This document shows, one piece after another, positions 41,126 to 50,807 of a stretch of 64,000 nucleotides of DNA. The notes under the pieces are model-generated. The model saw only the letters and a list, made by a program, of their open reading frames with translations. It was not told the DNA's origin and did not search any database. Made by a program: the position numbers and the translations under genes. Source of the DNA: Vicinamibacteria bacterium (GTDB lineage: Bacteria > Acidobacteriota > Vicinamibacteria > Marinacidobacterales > Marinacidobacteraceae); assembly GCA_963668695.2 (NCBI GenBank), contig CAXXLQ010000004.1, positions 3,104,001-3,168,000 on the forward strand, given 5' to 3'. How positions within the stretch are numbered: the stretch's first letter is position 1; each line of letters begins with the position of its first letter.

Positions 41126-41305
41126 CAGCCTGTGGACAAAGTCACGCGGCGTTCGAGCGGCGATGCATCCCGGCTGAACCGCGTCGCTTCGCGTCGCTCA
41201 TCGTTGCGTTTCGGTCGGAATACACCCGGTATTCCTCCCTCACGCGCCTTGTCAGCCGGGCGCCTCACCGCTCTCGGCGCTCACGCCACTTTATCCACAG
41301 GCTGC
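41125..41305. mobile_element. MITE-like family A, locus 6: simplest 181-bp copy with no 18-nt unit
   Basis: TA-GCAGCCTGTGGACAAAGT...ACTTTATCCACAGGCTGC-TA (17/18 TIR); the left TA lies in the stop codon of the DUF349 gene. Confidence 0.88.
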
Positions 41306-41418
41306 TAGCCAGCAGCCAGCGGACACGATCACCCGACCCCCTCCCGCCGGCGATGCGCCGGCGATGCATCGTTCGAGGGAGTCCGCCGGCGCGGCCGGCA
41401 AGCCGCTCAATCTCCCGC

Positions 41419-43728
41419 TCAATCTCCCGTTTTGAGGCGCAGCGCGTTTCCCACCACCGATAGCGAGGAGAGCGCCATGGCGGCAGCGGCCCCTTCCGGG
41501 GGCAAGAGCAATCCCGTCGCCGGATACAGAACCCCGGCTGCGAGGGGAACGGCAGCCAGGTTGTAGAAGAAGGCCCAGAACAGATTCTGCCGAATGATTC
41601 GGAGCGCGCGGCGCGCAATCCGGAGCGCAACACTCACCAGACGCAGATCCGGGCGCATCAGAGTCACTGCCGCCGCCTCCCGGGCTATCTCGGTCCCCTC
41701 GGCGAAGGCGATCCCCACATCGGCGCGAGCGAGCGCGGGAGCGTCATTGATCCCGTCTCCGACCATCGCGACCGGGCCGTAGCGCTCCCTCAGGCGATCC
41801 AGGGCCGAGAGCTTCTGATCCGGCAGGAGCCCTCCCTCGAGTTCCCGGACGCCGATCTCGGCGCCGGTCGCCGCCACCGCGGCCGGTTCGTCGCCCGAAA
41901 CCAGCGAAACCGCCAGTCCGTCGCCCTCCAGTCTCCGGACCAGTTCCGCCGCCTCGGGGCGCGGCCGGTCCCGAAAACCGATGCTCCCGACGAATTCGAG
42001 GCGCCCCGCCGATTCCCGAAGTACCCGCAGCCGGCCCGACGCGCCCGCATCGTCCGGGGCCGGCGGAAGGGGCAGCCCACGCTCCCGGACCAAGCGATCG
42101 CTGCCGACCCACACGGTGGTTCCGCCGCCAAAGCTCGCGCTGACTCCGCGGCCCGGGAGAGCCTCGAAACGCTCGGGGGTCTCGAGCACCAATCCTTCCT
42201 GGTGCGCATGGGTGACCAGCGCTCTCCCGAGGGGATGTTCGGATCCCTGTTCCGCGGAGGCCGCGAGTCGAAGGAGATTCTCGGCGCTCCCGCCGGGCGC
42301 CGGCTCCACCGCGACAACCACCGGTTCACCGGTCGTGACCGTCCCCGTCTTGTCGAGCCCCACCACCCGGACGGAAGCCAGCGCCTCGAGGGCTCCCCCG
42401 GAGCGAAACAAAATGCCCCGCCGCGCACTTCGGCCAGTCGCCACCAGTACCGCGATGGGCGCCGCGAGGCCTACCGCGCAAGGACAGGCCACCACCAGCA
42501 CCGCCACCCCTCGAGCCAGGGCGAAATCCGTGGCGCCCCCGGCAAGAAGCCAGCCGCCCACCGTGACGGCCGCCGCCACCATCACGATCGGGACGAAGAC
42601 GCCCGCCACCCGGTCGGCGATCCGCTGAATCGGAATCTTCTCCGTCTGCGCCTTCCGGACCGACGCGGCGATCCTCGAGATGGTGCTGTCGGAAGCCACC
42701 CGGGTCACCTCAACCTCGACGGCGCCCGTGAGATTCATCGCCCCGGCGATCACCGGATCGGGCGCCGCCCGTTCGACGGGCACGCTCTCGCCGCTTACGA
42801 GCGACTCATCCATCGCGGCCCCGCCCTGAACGATGCGACCATCGAGCGGCACCCTTTCTCCGGGTCGCACCCGAACATGTTCGCCAAGTTGGATCCGGGC
42901 TACCGGCACCATCCGCTCGAACCCCCGGCGCACCACCCGAGCCTGGTCCGGAGCGAAGGCGAGCAACTCGCCGAGCGCATCGGCGGCTCGGCCCCGGGCC
43001 CGCTCCTCAAGCCAGCGTCCGAGGCGGACGATCGCGACGATGATCGCGGCAGTATCGAAGAACAGGGGGCTCCCCGCGGCTCCCGCCAGGGCCACCACCG
43101 AGGACACGTAAGCAGTTCCGGCGCCGAGCCCGATCAGGCTGTCCATCCCGAACGCCCGGTATCGCAGAGCCTTCCCGAACGCCATCAGGAAATCGCGACC
43201 GAGCAACACACACACCGGAGTCGCGAGCAGAAATTGCGACCACCGGCCCGGAGTGGTCCCGCCGAAGGCGCTCATCGCAACCGCCATGGCGGCCGCGGAG
43301 AGCCCGAGGGCCATGGCGACGGGGAAAAGTCCGTCGCGCCAGCCCAGGCGTCCAGCGGTGTTCCCTGCCCGCCCTGGTTGCTCGGGACCAGGTTCTTCGG
43401 CCGGCTCCAGCCGGTAGGGACCGGCCGATTCCACGGCCCCGGCGACATCAGCGGCGAACGCGGCGTCGGGTGCATCGACTCCCAATAGCCGGACGGCGAT
43501 ATCCCCCGTGAGCAGGCTCACCTCCGCGCTTTCGACCCCGGGGAGACTGACCACCGCCTTCTCGATGCCAGCCACGCAACCGGCGCAATGCATCCCGACG
43601 ACACGCGCCTCGAACCTGGCTTTCGGTACAAGTACCGGCGGTGGCGGCGCTTCGGAATGCCGATCCATGTCGATTCGCGGAGTATAGGAACCAGCAACGA
43701 TGTCGGTCGGGACGGCCGCGGCTGGCAT
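41419..43728 (-). CDS. copA: Heavy-metal P1B-type ATPase, Cu(I) type (start may be 43668)
   Basis: HMA GMHCAGC, CPC, DKTGT, HP, GDGINDAP, YN and MALSS. Confidence 0.92.
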   Translation of the reverse strand: MPAAAVPTDIVAGSYTPRIDMDRHSEAPPPPVLVPKARFEARVVGMHCAGCVAGIEKAVVSLPGVESAEVSLLTGDIAVRLLGVDAPDAAFAADVAGAVESAGPYRLEPAEEPGPEQPGRAGNTAGRLGWRDGLFPVAMALGLSAAAMAVAMSAFGGTTPGRWSQFLLATPVCVLLGRDFLMAFGKALRYRAFGMDSLIGLGAGTAYVSSVVALAGAAGSPLFFDTAAIIVAIVRLGRWLEERARGRAADALGELLAFAPDQARVVRRGFERMVPVARIQLGEHVRVRPGERVPLDGRIVQGGAAMDESLVSGESVPVERAAPDPVIAGAMNLTGAVEVEVTRVASDSTISRIAASVRKAQTEKIPIQRIADRVAGVFVPIVMVAAAVTVGGWLLAGGATDFALARGVAVLVVACPCAVGLAAPIAVLVATGRSARRGILFRSGGALEALASVRVVGLDKTGTVTTGEPVVVAVEPAPGGSAENLLRLAASAEQGSEHPLGRALVTHAHQEGLVLETPERFEALPGRGVSASFGGGTTVWVGSDRLVRERGLPLPPAPDDAGASGRLRVLRESAGRLEFVGSIGFRDRPRPEAAELVRRLEGDGLAVSLVSGDEPAAVAATGAEIGVRELEGGLLPDQKLSALDRLRERYGPVAMVGDGINDAPALARADVGIAFAEGTEIAREAAAVTLMRPDLRLVSVALRIARRALRIIRQNLFWAFFYNLAAVPLAAGVLYPATGLLLPPEGAAAAMALSSLSVVGNALRLKTGD

Positions 43729-43804
43729 GAATTCGGTTGCGCGCTTCCCTGAGGCGTTCCCCTCAGGGAAACGGATCCGCGAGTGACCGCCCGCCTAGCG
43801 GCGG

Positions 43805-43845
43805 TGCCGGTCTGAAGGCTCCCACCGGGAGGACTGGCCGGCGCG
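43805..43845. repeat. REP-like family D hairpin interrupted by an 18-nt unit (43820-43837)
   Basis: TGCCGGTCTGAAGGC-[TCCCACCGGGAGGACTGG]-CCGGCG. Confidence 0.7.
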
Positions 43846-43869
43846 TCCAGGGCTACAATCGCCAGCCGC

Positions 43870-44382
43870 TTGCCTGTCCGCCCGATCCTGCGTTACGGGG
43901 CTTCCCCCCTGACTACCCCGGCCGAACCCATCGCGGACTTCGGCCAGAACTGGCAGGGTCTCGTGGACGACATGATCGCAACTATGTACGCGGCTCCCGG
44001 CATCGGCCTCGCCGCACCCCAGATCGGCGTGGGCGTGCGTCTGTTGGTGATCGACATCACCGTCGGGGAAAAGGACGGCGAACTGATCGTGATGGCGAAT
44101 CCGGAGATCCTCGAATCGCGGGGCAGCCAATCCGAAGAGGAGGGCTGCCTCTCGGTTCCGGAGTACTCCGGCGTGACCCGGCGGCCGGGTTGGGTGCGGG
44201 TGCGCGGGCAGCGTCTCGACGGTTCGTTCTACGAGATGGAGGGCGACGGATTGCTGGCGCGGGCCTTCGCCCACGAGGTGGACCACCTGAACGGCCGCCT
44301 CTTTCTGGATCGGCTCGGACTCCTGAAACGGGATCTCATCGTTCGCAAACTGCGTCGCCGCATGCGTCGCGGCGACTGGTAA
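43870..44382 (+). CDS. def: Peptide deformylase
   Basis: GIGLAAPQIG, EGCLS, HEVDHL. Confidence 0.97.
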   Translation: MPVRPILRYGASPLTTPAEPIADFGQNWQGLVDDMIATMYAAPGIGLAAPQIGVGVRLLVIDITVGEKDGELIVMANPEILESRGSQSEEEGCLSVPEYSGVTRRPGWVRVRGQRLDGSFYEMEGDGLLARAFAHEVDHLNGRLFLDRLGLLKRDLIVRKLRRRMRRGDW

Positions 44383-44420
44383 CCCCCGGCGGGTCGGTGC
44401 GGCGGGTCGGAGGAACAGAA

Positions 44421-45458
44421 GTGGAGCGCCTCCGCATCGTCTTCCTGGGCACCTCCGCCTTTGCGGAACCGGTCCTGCGCGCTCTTCACGCGCACCATGT
44501 GGTGGTGGCGGCGTTTACCCAGCCGGATCGGCCCGCGGGTCGGCATCACCGCCCCCGCCTCAGCAGGATCAAGCGGTTGGCGGTGGAACTCGGAATACCG
44601 GTCCAGCAGCCGGAACGAATCCGCCGCCGGAGCGCATGGGAACCCGTCGCGGGCCTCGCGCCTGATGGCATCGTCGTCGCTGACTACGGCCAGATCCTTC
44701 CTGCCCGGTTGCTCGCGATCCCGCGCCTCGGCGCCGTCAACGTTCACGCCTCGCTACTCCCCGAGCTGCGCGGCGCCGCTCCGGCCATCTGGGCCGTGGC
44801 CCGCGGTCTCCCCCGAACCGGGGTCACAACCATGCTCATGGACGCCGGTCTGGATACCGGGCCGATACTGCTCCAGCGGGAAACCGCAATCGGAGAGTCC
44901 GAGACCGGGGGCGAACTCCTCGCTCGCCTTGCACCCATGGGCGCCGAACTCCTGATCGAGACCCTCGCCGGTCTGGCAGCCGGGCGCCTTTCCCCCCGTC
45001 GCCAGGACGATGACCACGCCACTTTCGCTCCGCGGGTGCAAAAGGCCGACGCGGCTCTGGACTGGGAGCTCGCAGCTCCCGCGCTGGCGAACCGTATCCG
45101 CGCCTTCTCTCCGGCCCCGGTGGCCTTTACCGCGCTTGCCGGAGAGGCGGAGGATGGGAAGGGCGAGCTCCTCCGGATTCACCGAGCTTCGGCCGACATC
45201 GGTACGCCGCCGCCGAACGGGTTCACCCCGGGCTCTTTCCGGATCGCGGGTTCCGGGCGCGCTCCCCGCCTGGGGATCACCTGCGGCGAAGGCAGCACAC
45301 TCTGGCCCCTGGACGTGCAGGCGGCAGGCCGACGGCGCATGCCCATCGCGGATTTCCTCCGCGGCAGAGTCCTCGCGGCGCCGGTCGAAGAGCGGGGGAC
45401 ACCCATCGGCCTTTTTCTCCCAGCAGCGCAGGCGGCGCGCCTGGCGGAGGCGCGGTAG
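44421..45458 (+). CDS. fmt: Methionyl-tRNA formyltransferase
   Basis: RIVFLGT, TQPDRP, NVHASLLP.LRGAAP, MDAGLDTG; GGAGG upstream of GTG 44421. Confidence 0.96.
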   Translation: MERLRIVFLGTSAFAEPVLRALHAHHVVVAAFTQPDRPAGRHHRPRLSRIKRLAVELGIPVQQPERIRRRSAWEPVAGLAPDGIVVADYGQILPARLLAIPRLGAVNVHASLLPELRGAAPAIWAVARGLPRTGVTTMLMDAGLDTGPILLQRETAIGESETGGELLARLAPMGAELLIETLAGLAAGRLSPRRQDDDHATFAPRVQKADAALDWELAAPALANRIRAFSPAPVAFTALAGEAEDGKGELLRIHRASADIGTPPPNGFTPGSFRIAGSGRAPRLGITCGEGSTLWPLDVQAAGRRRMPIADFLRGRVLAAPVEERGTPIGLFLPAAQAARLAEAR

Positions 45459-46346
45459 ATGGGTTTCAGGCGCGCTGCGCTGGCGCTGATGGGGCTACTG
45501 GCCCTGCTGGGAATCGGCTACGGACTGCTCCTTTTCGTCTCCAACTCCCGTCCGCCCAAAACGGCCCACGTCTTCTTCCGAACGCCGGCCCGCAACGTCG
45601 CGCACCGGGGGGGCCGCAAGCTTGCTCCCGAGGCAACCCTGGCGGCGTTTCGAGCCGCGTCGGCGGCCGGAGCGGACGTCCTCGAGATGGACGTCCGGCG
45701 CACCGCCGACGGCGCGCTGGTGGTAATCCATGACGCGCTCGTGGACCGGACTACCGACGGCAGCGGTCCGGTCGCCTCGCTTCGTCTCGACGAACTGCGC
45801 CGCCTGAACGCCGGGCACCATTTCCGAACGCCGGAGGGGGCGTTCCCTTACCGCGAGGAACCCCTCCCGGTGCCTACCTTCGAGGAGGTTCAGGAGGCCC
45901 ATCCGGACCTCCGTTTCGTCGTCGAAATGAAGACGCCCGATACCGCGGAACCGCTATGCGACGCAATCCGGGAAGAGGGACGGGAACTCCGGACCCTGGT
46001 GGCTGCTTTCGACCGCGAATCGCTCGAGCGTTTCCGCGCGGCGTGTCCCGAAGTGGCGACGAGCGCGAGTTTCCGGGAAGTCGTTACCTTCCTCGCTCTC
46101 GCCTATGGAGGCTTGGCCGGTCTCCATGACAGCGCTGCAGATGCACTCCTGGTCAGCGAAACCAGCGGGCCGTTGCGGGTGGTCACATCCCGCTTCCTGC
46201 GCGCTGCCCGGCGGGCGGGGCTTCCCGTGCTCGTCTGGACGGTGAACCGGCCCGAGGACATGGAGCGTCTGCTCGCTCTCGGAGTGCACGGCATCCTCAC
46301 CGATGATCCCGCCACCCTCTCGGGCGTACTCGCGGGTCGACGCTGA
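45459..46346 (+). CDS. Glycerophosphodiester phosphodiesterase
   Basis: AHRGG..APE.TL, EMDV, IHD, WTVN, GILTD. Confidence 0.93.
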   Translation: MGFRRAALALMGLLALLGIGYGLLLFVSNSRPPKTAHVFFRTPARNVAHRGGRKLAPEATLAAFRAASAAGADVLEMDVRRTADGALVVIHDALVDRTTDGSGPVASLRLDELRRLNAGHHFRTPEGAFPYREEPLPVPTFEEVQEAHPDLRFVVEMKTPDTAEPLCDAIREEGRELRTLVAAFDRESLERFRAACPEVATSASFREVVTFLALAYGGLAGLHDSAADALLVSETSGPLRVVTSRFLRAARRAGLPVLVWTVNRPEDMERLLALGVHGILTDDPATLSGVLAGRR

Positions 46347-46347
46347 A

Positions 46348-47769
46348 GTGTCCCAGTCCCCACGGAAAACCGCCGGCACGCGCGACCGGACACCCCGTCC
46401 CGGGTCGTCGCGGCCCGCTTCCCCGGCGCGCCGCGCCGCCTTTGCCGTTCTCCTCCGGCTGGAACCGACAACCGATCGCCCCATCCCACCGCGCCCGGAC
46501 ACGCTGATCGCCCGCCTGGAAGACGCCGAGGGGCAGCCTCCGACCGATCGGGACCGGGCGCTGGCGCGAGAACTGGTCTTCGGCGTTTTGCGCTGGCGAC
46601 GAGCACTTGACTACGCCCTGGACTCGTATTCGCGGCGTCCGGTCAGCAGACTCGATCTTCCGGTGCGGATAGCTCTCCGCCTCGGGCTCTACCAACTCCG
46701 GTATCTCGACCGGGTGCCCGCGAGCGCGGCCGTCCACGAGTCGGTATCGCTCGCCACCGCCTTCGCACGGCCGGGCGCCGCCGGACTCGTGAATGCAGTG
46801 CTCCGCTCCTACCTGCGTGCGGACCATCCCTGGCCGCACCGCGGGGGTGATCGCGATCTCTACCTGCGAGTCGGTTTGTCCCACCCGGATTGGCTCGTGG
46901 ACCGCTATGTGAACCAGCTCGGGAACGACGGCGCCAGACGGCGTCTTGAAGCCAACAACCGGTCCCCGACCGTGTTCTTGCGGGTAGGTCTCAGGGGAGA
47001 CCTCGACGACGTGCGGCGGCAGCTGGAGGCGGACGGCATTCGCACCGAACGCTTTCCGCTCGCGCCACGCTGCCTGAAGGTCACCGAGGGAAACCCGCAG
47101 GATTCCGCACTACACGAGGAAGGCGAAATTCACATTCAGGATGCGGGGTCACAGCTCATCGCCTGGTTGCTTCCCGCGGAGGGAGCCCGGCGGTATTTGG
47201 ACGCGTGTGCGGCGCCGGGCGGTAAGGCCGCCATCCTTGCCGAGCGCATCGCGCCCCGCCCGGTCATCGCCGCCGATCTGCGAACGTCACGCATCGAGCT
47301 CCTCCGGAATACCGCGCGGCGGCTCTCCGCCACCAATGTTCTCCCCCTGGTCGCCGACGCTTGCCGACCCCCCTTCTCGGCGGAGTCCTTCGACCGGGTG
47401 CTGCTGGACATTCCCTGCAGTGGCCTCGGCACCCTGTCGCGCAATCCCGACATCAAGTGGACCGCCTCTCCGAGCCGCCTCCGGCGCCTCGGGAAGACTG
47501 CGCTCCAGATGGCCCGGGCGGCAGCCGGGCTGCTTGCCCCCGGCGGAATGCTCCTGTATGCCACCTGTTCGCTGGAGCCCGAGGAGACGAGCGAACCGGT
47601 GCGGGATCTGCTGGCCGAAACCCCCGGCCTTCGAGCGATCCCTCTCAGGGATCGCCTGCCGGAGGCACTCGCGCCGCTCGTCGGCAACGATGGGGCGCTT
47701 CGCCTGGCGCCGGAGGAACATGGGACCGACGGCTATTTCGCAGCGCTCCTCCAGCGCTCAAGCATTTAA
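46348..47769 (+). CDS. rsmB: 16S rRNA m5C967 methyltransferase RsmB (Sun)
   Basis: NusB-like N-terminus, IQDAGSQ, DACAAPGGK, DIPCSGLG, YATCS. Confidence 0.94.
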   Translation: MSQSPRKTAGTRDRTPRPGSSRPASPARRAAFAVLLRLEPTTDRPIPPRPDTLIARLEDAEGQPPTDRDRALARELVFGVLRWRRALDYALDSYSRRPVSRLDLPVRIALRLGLYQLRYLDRVPASAAVHESVSLATAFARPGAAGLVNAVLRSYLRADHPWPHRGGDRDLYLRVGLSHPDWLVDRYVNQLGNDGARRRLEANNRSPTVFLRVGLRGDLDDVRRQLEADGIRTERFPLAPRCLKVTEGNPQDSALHEEGEIHIQDAGSQLIAWLLPAEGARRYLDACAAPGGKAAILAERIAPRPVIAADLRTSRIELLRNTARRLSATNVLPLVADACRPPFSAESFDRVLLDIPCSGLGTLSRNPDIKWTASPSRLRRLGKTALQMARAAAGLLAPGGMLLYATCSLEPEETSEPVRDLLAETPGLRAIPLRDRLPEALAPLVGNDGALRLAPEEHGTDGYFAALLQRSSI

Positions 47770-48329
47770 CAGCCTATGGTGAAACCCAGGTGAGCGCCGA
47801 GGTCGGCCAGTCCTCCCGGTGGGGGAGGCGCCCGGCCGACACGGCGGGCGGCGGGAAGGACCCCCAGTGCGGGGGGGCCTTTCCGGCCGGGAGCCCGGCG
47901 TTCAGCGTCATCCGGACGGTGGCGTGGTACACGCCTTTCGCTGCGCTTTGCGCAGCGGTGCCGGCCCCCACCGGGAGAACTGCCCAGAGGTCGGCGTTCC
48001 AAGCCGTCCCCGCGCTTGAAGCGCGGTGGAGTACTGCCGAGCGCGCAAAAACAATGGCAGCGAACTTTGTTCGCTGCCCGCGTGACCGGGGGGAAAGTGT
48101 GAAAGGGGGGCACCCCCCCCCCTTTCACAAATCAACAATGACCAATCGGAACTCGCCGCCGCGCGCCGCAGGCGCGCAAGGGAGTTTCGATTGCCGGCGC
48201 GAAGCGCCGGGCGGTCCCCGGACGGGGCCCCAACTCCAAGCAGGACTACGACCGAAAGCTATTCCAGATCAAGGCCCCGTCCGGGGACCGCTCGACCCTG
48301 ATTGCCGCGTGGGTTTTGCCACAGGCTGT
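47769..48329. mobile_element. MITE-like family A ends enclosing family D and family B repeats (locus 7)
   Basis: TA-ACAGCCTATGGTGAAACCC...GGGTTTTGCCACAGGCTGT-TA; the left end overlaps the rsmB stop. Confidence 0.8.
48080..48301 (+). repeat. Structured repeat family B, copy 3
   Basis: Homologous to 26517-26732 with compensatory stem changes. Confidence 0.8.
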
Positions 48330-48433
48330 TAGGTCGACGCCCGCGCGCGATGTTTCGCCGGCGCGCCATACCGTAGCGACCGGCTCTTCGGACACCCCGC
48401 CCGGCACTACACTTCCGGACACGTACTTGGCCG

Positions 48434-49198
48434 ATGGGCACCTTTCGAATTCGCTGGAACCGGCGAGGCGGGCGTTCGGCATCACGACTGTCGCGGGGCC
48501 TTTACTACCTGGTGACCGCAGCCCTGTTGGGGGCAACGTTCGCTTTTGCGGCCGCCGCCACCTTCCTGATCGCGTCCTCAGCCGCGGATCCGGCCGTTCC
48601 GGACCTCACGAGCCTTGAACTCGAGGCCGCCGAAGCCTTGCTCGGCGGAGTGGGCCTTCGCCTCGCGGTGGGGCAGGCGCGGTTCGACGACCAGATTCCC
48701 GAAGGCCGCATCGTCTTCCAGGAACCGCCGCCCGATTCCTTCTTCAAGCGTGGGCGTTCCGTCCAGGTCTTCCGCAGCCTCGGGCCGACCCGCCGGGTGG
48801 TTCCGCGGCTTGAGGGGAGCACCCTTACCGAGGCCCGGCGCCAAATCGAAGCCGCCGAGCTGAGTGTGGGGCGGGTCGCCGAGGTGGAAAGCGACACCTA
48901 TCTCGCCGGTCGGGTCATTGCCCAGTCGCCCGTGGCCTACAGTGAAGCCGTCCCCGAGACCTCGGTGTCGGTGCTGCTCTCGGCGGGGTCGGAACCCGAA
49001 TCGTTCGTAATGCCGGATTTCATCGGACGGCGGTACGGAGACATCGCGGATGACCTGAGCAGAGGCGCGGTCCGGGTACGCGATGTGCGGAGCGTCCCGT
49101 ACCGGGGTGTTCCGGCCGGGATCGTCGTCGATCAGGTACCCGCGGCCGGTGCGAAGGTAAGTCGCGCCGATCGGATCGTCCTCACCCTCAGTCGATAA
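48434..49198 (+). CDS. PASTA domain-containing membrane protein (three PASTA repeats)
   Basis: TM helix followed by VPDL, VPRLEG and MPDFIG repeats, each with a G.VI.Q.P-like motif. Confidence 0.9.
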   Translation: MGTFRIRWNRRGGRSASRLSRGLYYLVTAALLGATFAFAAAATFLIASSAADPAVPDLTSLELEAAEALLGGVGLRLAVGQARFDDQIPEGRIVFQEPPPDSFFKRGRSVQVFRSLGPTRRVVPRLEGSTLTEARRQIEAAELSVGRVAEVESDTYLAGRVIAQSPVAYSEAVPETSVSVLLSAGSEPESFVMPDFIGRRYGDIADDLSRGAVRVRDVRSVPYRGVPAGIVVDQVPAAGAKVSRADRIVLTLSR

Positions 49199-49208
49199 CT
49201 TCAACCGG

Positions 49209-49853
49209 ATGCGGCTCACGCCCTCGCTTCTCTCCGCTGACTTCACGCGTCTCGCGGAGGAGGTGCGGACAGTCGAGGAGGCTGGAGCACATGGGCTGCA
49301 TCTCGACGTCATGGACGGGCACTACGTACCCAACCTGACGTTCGGGCCCATGGTGGTGGCGGCGGTGAGGCGCTGCACGGATCTGCCGCTCGACGCTCAC
49401 CTGATGATCGAAAACGCCCCGGAACACATCAGGGCCTACGCGGAAGCGGGCGCAGACGCCATCGCGGTGCACCCGGAAGCCGTGCCGCATCTCCACAAGA
49501 CGATTGCCGATCTCCGAGCCCTCGCAGTTCGGCCCGGACTGGCGATCAATCCCCTTTCGCCGCTCGCGTCCCTGGAAGAAGCGCTCGCCGCGGTGGACTA
49601 CGCGATCGTCATGTCGGTCAATCCCGGTTGGGGAGGCCAGCGCTTCATCGAGGGAAGCATGGACCGCGTCCGCCAGGTTCGCAAAATCGCCGAGCGGACG
49701 AACCCGTCGCTCGAGATCGTGATCGACGGAGGCATCAACGCTTCCCGGATTGCGGCGGCGCGCGACGCCGGAGCGGACGTGGCGGTGGCGGGATCGGCCG
49801 TGTTCGGCGCCGCCGACCCGGCGGCGGCCGTCCGGGAGATGCTCGCCGCGTGA
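49209..49853 (+). CDS. rpe: Ribulose-phosphate 3-epimerase
   Basis: PSLLSADF, HLDVMDGHYVPN, DAHLMI, MSVNPG, IDGGI. Confidence 0.97.
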   Translation: MRLTPSLLSADFTRLAEEVRTVEEAGAHGLHLDVMDGHYVPNLTFGPMVVAAVRRCTDLPLDAHLMIENAPEHIRAYAEAGADAIAVHPEAVPHLHKTIADLRALAVRPGLAINPLSPLASLEEALAAVDYAIVMSVNPGWGGQRFIEGSMDRVRQVRKIAERTNPSLEIVIDGGINASRIAAARDAGADVAVAGSAVFGAADPAAAVREMLAA

Positions 49854-50001
49854 TGCATTGGCTCGCCACCGTCGGGATCCCCGTGCGGCCCGATCTTTCG
49901 GCAACTGGCCGAGGCACCTGAGTCTTCGCCGGGCCGGCGGGCCATCGCCCTTGACCTCTCTGGACTTGACCTCTCCGGACGATTCGCCGGCTCTGGCAGC
50001 C

Positions 50002-50478
50002 GTGACCTCTCCTCCCGCCGACGCCACTCAGGTTTCGATCCGCGTCCGCTATGCCGAGACCGATCAGATGGGGGTGGGCTACCACGGCGCCTACCTTCCC
50101 TGGCTTGAGGTAGCGCGGACCAGTTGGTTGCGGAAACACGCGCTGCCCTACCGGGAGCTGGAGGCGAGCGGCTTCCACTTTCCGGTGATCGAAGTGCGGT
50201 GCCGCTATCTGCGGCCGGTCCGCTACGACGACGACCTCATCGTGGAGGCCCAGGCGTTCCCCTACCGGCGGTCGGGTATCGGCTTTGCCTATCGAATCCT
50301 GCGCCCTTCCGATGGGACGCTGGTCGCCACTGCCGAAACGCGGCATGCAACGGTTGGGACGGACGGGCGGGCGCGCCGCTTGCCCCAATCGGTCCGCGGA
50401 GCGTTAACAGCCTGTGGTGAAACCCACGTGAGCGCCGAGACGGGCGAGGCCCAGTTCTCCCGGTGGGGGTCGGGCTGA
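50002..50478 (+). CDS. Acyl-CoA thioesterase (YbgC/4HBT family); C-terminus reads into a MITE; start uncertain
   Basis: RVRYAETDQMGVGYH..Y..WLEVAR, YLRPVRYDD. Confidence 0.88.
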   Translation: MTSPPADATQVSIRVRYAETDQMGVGYHGAYLPWLEVARTSWLRKHALPYRELEASGFHFPVIEVRCRYLRPVRYDDDLIVEAQAFPYRRSGIGFAYRILRPSDGTLVATAETRHATVGTDGRARRLPQSVRGALTACGETHVSAETGEAQFSRWGSG

Positions 50479-50807
50479 CAAGGCGCGCAAGGGAGGAATA
50501 CCGAGTGTATTTCGACCGAAGCGCAACGCAGAGCACCGCGAAGCGGGGCGGTTCAGCCGGGATGGATCGCCCGTCGAACGCCGGGTGGGTTTTGCCACAG
50601 GCTGTTAACAGCCTGTGGTGGAACCCGGGTGAGCGCCGAGAGCGGGGAGGCTCAGTTCTCCCGGTGGGGGTCCGGCTGACAAGGCGCGTGAGGGAGGAAT
50701 ACCGGGTGTATTTCGACCGAAACGCAACGATGAGCGGCGCGAAGCGACGCGGTTCAGCCGGGATGGATCGCCGGCCAGAACGCCGCGTGGGTTTCACCAC
50801 CGGCTGT
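50407..50807. mobile_element. MITE-like family A, locus 8: two tandem copies (50407-50605, 50608-50807) sharing one TA
   Basis: TA-ACAGCCTGTGG...CAGGCTGT-TA-ACAGCCTGTGG...CCGGCTGT-TA. Confidence 0.88.
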
